A stretch of DNA of 64,000 nucleotides from Chloroflexota bacterium (GTDB taxonomy: Bacteria > Chloroflexota > UBA5177). Positions 58,591 to 64,000 of this stretch are shown one piece after another. The stretch lies in contig JBPCMQ010000009.1 in NCBI GenBank assembly GCA_051002135.1, forward strand, positions 14,628 to 78,627, in the 5' to 3' direction. Within the stretch, counting starts at the first letter, position 1; each line of letters begins with the position of its first letter. The notes beneath the pieces were generated by a model. That model was not told where the DNA came from, did no database searches, and was given only the letters and a program-made list of their open reading frames with translations. A program made the translations under genes and the position numbers.

Positions 58591-59252
58591 ACTTGTTCTC
58601 TGTACAGAGCGCGAAATCGCTCCCTGGCGCGCGTCAGGCGTTGGCGGATGGCGCTCCCGCGAACCCCGAACATGGCGCCAATTTCGTCAGTCTTGAAGCC
58701 GACGACATCGAAGAGGTAGAGGACCTCGCGATCCAGCGGCTGAAGCTGATCCATCACAGTCTGCACCGCCAGAGACTGATGCGTTGAGTCTTCGACCGTC
58801 ATCTTCTCCAGCTTCTCCCTGTCTCGCTCCACACGCTTCTTCTGACGGAAGACATCCATCACGCAATTCCGAGCCACCGTGTGCAGCCAGGATGTGTTTA
58901 CCGGCTTCTTCCTCCGAAGATTCTCGTAGGCACGCAGAAACGTGTCCTGCGTGCAGTCCAGCGCAACGTCAGCGTCCTTAACGAGGAACAGGACGAACGT
59001 GTAGATAGCGCGTTCGTGTCGGTTCATCAGCTCCACGAGCTGGACTTCGACGTCGCGATTCGCCTCCGCCGTGACTTGGCCGTCTAGCCTCAGGGTTAGC
59101 ACAGCATCTGTGCCTACGGTTACGCCTCCCTCTTCAGGTACTACACTGTTAGAACGCTGGAACGGGCGCAAGTGTGACACGTGTGCGACTCCCAGAATTG
59201 CCGAACTGTGGCCAAGGCCGCTGTCCGTGGCGATCATCGCTGATAAACCCAT
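58587..59252 (-). CDS. ECF RNA polymerase sigma factor
   Basis: DCTQDTFLRAY, WLHTVARN..MD..R, EIGAMFG...RLTRARERFR; start uncertain. Confidence 0.9.
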   Translation of the reverse strand: MGLSAMIATDSGLGHSSAILGVAHVSHLRPFQRSNSVVPEEGGVTVGTDAVLTLRLDGQVTAEANRDVEVQLVELMNRHERAIYTFVLFLVKDADVALDCTQDTFLRAYENLRRKKPVNTSWLHTVARNCVMDVFRQKKRVERDREKLEKMTVEDSTHQSLAVQTVMDQLQPLDREVLYLFDVVGFKTDEIGAMFGVRGSAIRQRLTRARERFRALYREQV

Positions 59253-59549
59253 CTTAAGAGACTACGGCTCCTACTCAACTCCTATGTACCAGGCACAGTG
59301 TGGTACCCGGTTGAGACGCGTCCGCATTGTGCGCATTCATCCACACCGTGGCTCCGCCCCCCACGCCTGCCCGACTTTCTGACTGTGGAGCCGCGGCCTC
59401 TCCCTCATTGATTGATCCGACGCCGAGTGGCTGCCGCGAGTAAGGCCGGCGATTGATGATGCGGGGAACCGATGGTACAATACTCGTGCCGTCACCGGTG
59501 CCTCCTGAGAGGATGAGGCATCGGTTTTGCCTATTAAGGGGAACCCTGC

Positions 59550-60074
59550 GTGAACGGGCGTGTCCTCGTCCTGAACCAGAACTTCGAGCCATTGAACGTG
59601 TGTGCCGCGCGCCGCGCGTTCGTGCTGGTGGGGGGCGGCAAGGCTGAGGTCATCGAGCAAGGAGTCCTGGTGGTCCACACGGCCAGGGCTGCGTATGTTT
59701 GCCCCTCCGTCATCCGTCTGCTGTATTTGATCAAGAGGGTACATCCGGTCGCGAAGCTGACACGCAAAGAGCTGTTCATGCGTGACAACTTCACGTGCCA
59801 GTACTGTGGCAAGCAAACGAAAGATCTTACGATCGACCACGTCATCCCACGCCATCGTGGGGGACCACATCGCTGGGAGAATCTCGTAAGCGCGTGCAAA
59901 TTGTGCAACCACCGGAAGGGCGGCCGCTCGCCCGAGGAGGCGCGTATGAGGCTCCTGAATGAACCCGCCCAGCCGCGTGTCAGCAGGTACTATTGGGTGC
60001 ACCAGCATCTCCACGGCGCCTACGATCCTTTATGGATCAAGTTCATCCCGGATGCACAGAGGTTGAGCGGCTGA
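59550..60074 (+). CDS. HNH endonuclease
   Basis: VLVLNQNFEPL, RDNFTCQYCG, TIDHVIPRHRGG..WENLVSACKLCN.RKG. Confidence 0.92.
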   Translation: MNGRVLVLNQNFEPLNVCAARRAFVLVGGGKAEVIEQGVLVVHTARAAYVCPSVIRLLYLIKRVHPVAKLTRKELFMRDNFTCQYCGKQTKDLTIDHVIPRHRGGPHRWENLVSACKLCNHRKGGRSPEEARMRLLNEPAQPRVSRYYWVHQHLHGAYDPLWIKFIPDAQRLSG

Positions 60075-60108
60075 AAGACGCCGAATTTGCCGGCTTGGCG
60101 GAAAGGCT

Positions 60109-60132
60109 GCCCACCATTTCGCCCACCATTTC
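60109..60132. repeat. Perfect 12-bp tandem repeat GCCCACCATTTC x2
   Basis: Read directly. Confidence 0.7.
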
Positions 60133-60186
60133 ACTTAAAAGCCCGCGCTGCTCAGCATTTCTTCCAAGAGGCGCTCGACCGGAGGG

Positions 60187-60203
60187 AGCTAGCTAGCTAG
60201 CTA
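60187..60203. repeat. (AGCT)4 tract abutting the IS end
   Basis: Read directly. Confidence 0.8.
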
Positions 60204-61622
60204 AGGACTCGTCAAAGAATAACTTCCCGTTTTTGCGGCGGTGTACCGACTGGTGATGCCCCGATTGAGCGGGGGCACAGGGTGTAGTTCCAGGTCGGGC
60301 AGACTCCGTGGGTGGTGAGATTGAGTGTGGCCATCTCCGCATCCGAGACGCTCAGACCCGTCGCGTAGTGGCCGTCGAGCCGTTCGGCGTGCACCTCCAG
60401 GCCAGTGGTGGTGGCCGTGCCGCTGATGTAGGCGAGCATGGTCTCCCAGGTGCGCAGCGGATACCCGCCCAGTGCAGGCTAATCGGGCCAAAGAGGCGAT
60501 GCTCGATCGGGTTCCATTTGGAGCAGCCGGTGGGATAGTGACAGACCGTGACCATCAGCCCGAGCTCGTCACACACGCGCTCCTGGAGCTGCTGCTTCCA
60601 CCGCCGGGTGCGGCAGCTGTTACTGCCGCCGGCGTCAGCCAGGATCAAGAGGTGGTGGGCCTGGGGGAAGCTTGGCTGCCCGATACTCTGCCACCAGTGC
60701 GCCAGCGCATCCACGGCGAACTGGGCGGTATCGGCCGAGGAGCCCACGTAGACGGTGCCCCGGTTGTGCGTCACGTCGTAGATGCCGTAGGGCACCGCCC
60801 GCCCCAGCGACTGCTGCCGAAAGTCGTGCACGTTGACCGCCTCCGCCTCCTGACTCCAGCTGCGCCCGGCGTTCTTGAAGTTCCCGATCAACTCTTTCTT
60901 TTTGGTGTCCACGCTGACCATGGGCAGACCCGCGTCCGCGAACGCCTGTCGCTGTTGAGCGATATAGTCGAACTGCATCGCGCGGTCCGGGTGCGCGGCA
61001 CTCGCCTCGATCTTCTTGGTGTTGACGTGCAGGCGTAGTCCAACGTCTGCAGCAAGCGTCCTACGGTCGGCGGACTCACGGGATGCCCCGCTCCCGTCAG
61101 CCGAGCGCTCAAGGTCCGCAGACTACTGCGGACCCACTTCTGCGCGCTCATCGGATCGCCCGCCGTTTCGGGTGTCACCAGTTCCTGCAACGCCGGGACT
61201 ATCGCTGGGTCTTTTTTTTTCGGTGGGAGTACGCCCGGCGCCGGACCGCCGCACCCGCTCGTCGGGACAGTCGGCCAGCGAGGCGTGCAGTTCTGCACGC
61301 CCTCGCCGGATGGTCTTTTCGCCCAACCCGGTGATCTGCGCGACCAGGCGGTCGCCACCGTGACCAAGGCGCTGCGCCTCCAGCGCCGCATACCAGCGTC
61401 GCTGGGCTTCGTCCAGCCGGCTCATCAGCAAGTTCATCCACACATGCAGGGCCTGATCTGGATGGTCGCCCTCCTGTTGGCAGTGCGGGCATTGGCACGC
61501 AACGATCTCTGTGGGCATGGTGGGGTCGCTCCTGGAGAGAGATGGATCACCAGATGCCTCACTCTATCCGTCTTGGCTGTCACTTCCTAGTCCATTCTCG
61601 CTCATCCGTTTTCCAGAACCTT
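60203..61622 (-). mobile_element. ISAzo13-family insertion sequence (ends approximate)
   Basis: Contains the transposase below; weak terminal similarity AAGGACTCGTCAAA versus AAGGTTCTGGAAAA. Confidence 0.75.
60212..61518 (-). pseudogene. ISAzo13-family transposase split across four ORFs
   Basis: LDEAQRRWYAA, AGDPMS..KW, SVDTKKKELIGNFKN, ADAGGSN, HYPTGCSKWNPIEHRLF, WNYT; frame breaks near 61215, 61033 and 60459. Confidence 0.9.
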
Positions 61623-61903
61623 GGACCGTCCAATGTGTAAACGCCGGTAGGGACTTTATGACCGGTTTTTACATCCCCAATGCGCCGCTGCACTGCTCTC
61701 ACCTTCTGCCGAAGAGGGGCGACAATCACTCTCGATTACTGACAGTTGCGGTGATTCCTGACGGATCTGAGGACTTCACGCGCTCCCGAGCCGAGCTACG
61801 CGGTGTGCGGAACACTTGCAGGGGCGATCGAGGAACGAAAGACTCGGGAACCGGGAGGCGGCCTTCTCAGCGCTTTGCGACGCAACAGGAAAACAAATGC
61901 GCG

Positions 61904-62674
61904 TTACACAGGGGACGTTGCTCGCCTGAATGCACGCAGAGCCGTCTGAACTCCGCGCTGGATGAACGCCTCGTCGTCACCGACCGGGATGATCTGTGCG
62001 CCCCGCTGGAGCCACTCTGTGGCATCCTCCACTGACCGACCAATCCCGAAAGGTACGCCTGCAGCCCGAGCCCGCGTAACAACGGTCTCGATGGCCGCGC
62101 GTACCTCCGCATGCTCGAAGTCGGGTAGGAGGCCCATGCTGGCCGCCAGGTCCACCGGCCCAACGATAATGCCGTCTAGCCCAGGCACGGCCAGGATGCC
62201 GTCGATGTTCCGCACGCCGGCTGCCGTCTCGATCATGACGAGCACTATAGTTCGCTCGTTTGCTTCGGCCAGATACTCTTGCTCCCGCACTCCGTATCCG
62301 CTGGGCCGCCGCGGGCCCGCGCCGCGATTCCCCTTTGGAGGATATTTGCAGGCGCGCACGGCCTCCTGCGACTCCTCAGCCGAGCTGACATGGGGCACCA
62401 GCACTCCCTCGGCTCCCAGGTCAAGCACCCGCTTGATAAAGACAAAGTCGTTCCAAGGCACGCGCACAAGCGGCACCGTCGGAGAATCGTGCAGCGCGAT
62501 CATCAATGTTTGAAGCGTCTGGAGATCAAGAGCCGAATGCTCTGCGTCAACCAATGCCCAATCCAGGCCCAACGGTCCGATGATTTCTGCCACGGTAGGG
62601 TCGCTTAACCGCATCCAAATACCTGCACTTGGCAAGCCAGCACGCCATTTGTCTCTCAGCGTACGTCCGTTCAT
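61904..62674 (-). CDS. HpcH/HpaI family class II aldolase
   Basis: VDAEH, LVRVP, KRVLDLGA, KYPPKGNRG, MIET, GPVDL. Confidence 0.93.
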   Translation of the reverse strand: MNGRTLRDKWRAGLPSAGIWMRLSDPTVAEIIGPLGLDWALVDAEHSALDLQTLQTLMIALHDSPTVPLVRVPWNDFVFIKRVLDLGAEGVLVPHVSSAEESQEAVRACKYPPKGNRGAGPRRPSGYGVREQEYLAEANERTIVLVMIETAAGVRNIDGILAVPGLDGIIVGPVDLAASMGLLPDFEHAEVRAAIETVVTRARAAGVPFGIGRSVEDATEWLQRGAQIIPVGDDEAFIQRGVQTALRAFRRATSPV

Positions 62675-63474
62675 CCTATTCCCCCACGATTCATCTGAAT
62701 GATCTCTTCATCCGACGATAGCGGCAACGGCCGGAGCGATAATCCGCCGTCGATCACGAGCTCTGCTCCGGTTGTATAGGAACTCAAGGCATCAGAAAGG
62801 AGAAGAACGGCGGCCGGCCCGCACTCGGTCGGGTATCCAAAGCGTCGCAGCGGGATCTCGCGGCGCACTCTCTCCGCCTTGTTAGCCGGCAAGCCCTCCG
62901 TTAATTTCGTCGGATAGTGACCTGGTACTAGTTGATTGACCCGGATACCGAATGAGGCCATCTCGAGTGCCAGCGTGTTCTTGAGCGCGCGGAGACCTGC
63001 CTTGCTGACGTGGTAAGCTGCCTCTCCGTAAGCCTGGTTGTATTGCGCCGTCGAACCTACGATGAGAATGCTGCCTCCTCTGCGCTCTATCATGTGCGTG
63101 CAGACCTCCCTGCCCGCCCACATGCATGCCGAGAGATTTGTGTTAAGCGTGTCGAACCAGGACTGCGACGTGATACTCGTGATGGGCTGGTGCCAGGCGG
63201 CGGCGGCGTTGTTGACAAAGAGGTCGATCGCGCCTAGTCGTTCGATCGCGCGTCGCACCATGTCAACCGCCTCGCTCTCGACGTGCACGTCCGCCACGAT
63301 ACTGGCCGCTCGCACTCCCTCCGCCTGCACTGCGTGCAGGGTCTCTGGATCCCTGCGTAGGTCGGCGATAGCAATGTCCACGCCTTCACGCGCCAGCGCC
63401 AGCGCGATTGACCTGCCGATCCCGGAACTCGCACCCGTAATCAACGCGCGCTTACCACGCAGTTGAGCATCCAT
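62671..63474 (-). CDS. Short-chain dehydrogenase/reductase
   Basis: TGASSGIG, NNAA, YHVSK, TGAELVIDGG; ATG at 63474 overlaps the upstream stop. Confidence 0.92.
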   Translation of the reverse strand: MDAQLRGKRALITGASSGIGRSIALALAREGVDIAIADLRRDPETLHAVQAEGVRAASIVADVHVESEAVDMVRRAIERLGAIDLFVNNAAAAWHQPITSITSQSWFDTLNTNLSACMWAGREVCTHMIERRGGSILIVGSTAQYNQAYGEAAYHVSKAGLRALKNTLALEMASFGIRVNQLVPGHYPTKLTEGLPANKAERVRREIPLRRFGYPTECGPAAVLLLSDALSSYTTGAELVIDGGLSLRPLPLSSDEEIIQMNRGGIG

Positions 63475-64000
63475 CACTCGAGGGCTTCCCCGACAACCGT
63501 ACACGGAAAGCTGTCGAGGTCGTCAAACAGGAGGGGGAAGGCATACACGCGCCGCAGCTCACGCTGCCCGATCTCGAGAGTCATGTCCTCAATGAGGATG
63601 AAGGGGCGATCGTTGTCCTGCAAGAACGTATGGTGAGCGGCAAAGCCATGCGAGAGGTCGCTCGTCCACTCCAGGGAGATGAAGTCCATGCCGAGCGCAC
63701 GCAAGCAAGGGAAACGGTCCAGAAGGTAGTGCGCTGCTTCATCCGACACGCCCGGACCCCTCTGTCGATAGCGCTCCGGATCGTCCGCCCGAAGATAGCT
63801 GAACCCGGTCCGAAGGAGGAGAAGATCATGGCCATCGATGGCCTCCGCTCGACGCGAGAGATCGGCGGCACGGATCAGCCCCATATCTCCTTGTCGTATG
63901 TCAACGACCACCGGACGCTCGAAGACGAAATCGCCGATAGGGAAGTCGACAAGGCGCCGGCCGGAGGCATTGAAATGGTTCGGTGCGTCAAGGTGGGTGC
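63474..64000 (-). CDS. Cyclase family (kynurenine formamidase-like) metal hydrolase, partial
   Basis: THLDAPNHF at the window edge, LLLRTG, GMDFISLE, H, IIED-like motif; start lies beyond the window. Confidence 0.88.
   Translation of the reverse strand, partial: THLDAPNHFNASGRRLVDFPIGDFVFERPVVVDIRQGDMGLIRAADLSRRAEAIDGHDLLLLRTGFSYLRADDPERYRQRGPGVSDEAAHYLLDRFPCLRALGMDFISLEWTSDLSHGFAAHHTFLQDNDRPFILIEDMTLEIGQRELRRVYAFPLLFDDLDSFPCTVVGEALE

Noticed and set aside
59550-60074. HNH gene as part of a restriction or Cas9/IscB system
   Set aside because: It is a short stand-alone HNH of a widespread type, with no methylase, RuvC domain or array nearby.
61623-61692. Gene start (MQRRIGDVKTGHKVP...) interrupted by the IS
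   Set aside because: An RBS and GTG are present on the minus strand, but no convincing continuation lies beyond the other IS end.

Overview
GC-rich bacterial chromosomal window, probably from a monoderm soil-type organism (a sortase-like sorting signal and the gene repertoire suggest Chloroflexota; this is inference). In order it holds: a putative copper/metal-stress module (MFS, Cys-rich secreted protein, ICMT-like protein, His-rich secreted protein, BlaI/CopY repressor, truncated M56 peptidase, CopC-CopD-beta-propeller fusion) with two matching operator palindromes; a sugar ABC importer; two GT2s; a cluster of very small genes (RHH protein, three paralogous single-TM peptides ending HxxxHLF, PRC-barrel, HTH-like, Zn-ribbon); a nucleoside ABC importer; nucleotide-sugar/EPS genes (uxs-like, ugd, GME-like, GT4, WecA-like); an IF-1 paralog; a CdaR-regulated heptose (GmhB, HldE, three GT9) glycosylation operon; stress/repair genes (PfpI, radical SAM, Ogt, topoisomerase IB); cell-surface proteins; a DtxR-ZIP pair with a perfect operator; a SEC-C/TPR/HEPN-like protein downstream of an ECF sigma/anti-sigma pair; an HNH nuclease; an ISAzo13-family element; and a cyclase-SDR-aldolase operon. 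No rRNA, tRNA or CRISPR array was recognised. Several genes are broken by single-base indels in short homopolymers, most likely assembly errors. The best novelty candidates are the TPR-HEPN protein and the HxxxHLF peptide operon. All family calls come from motif recognition by eye; no searches were run.
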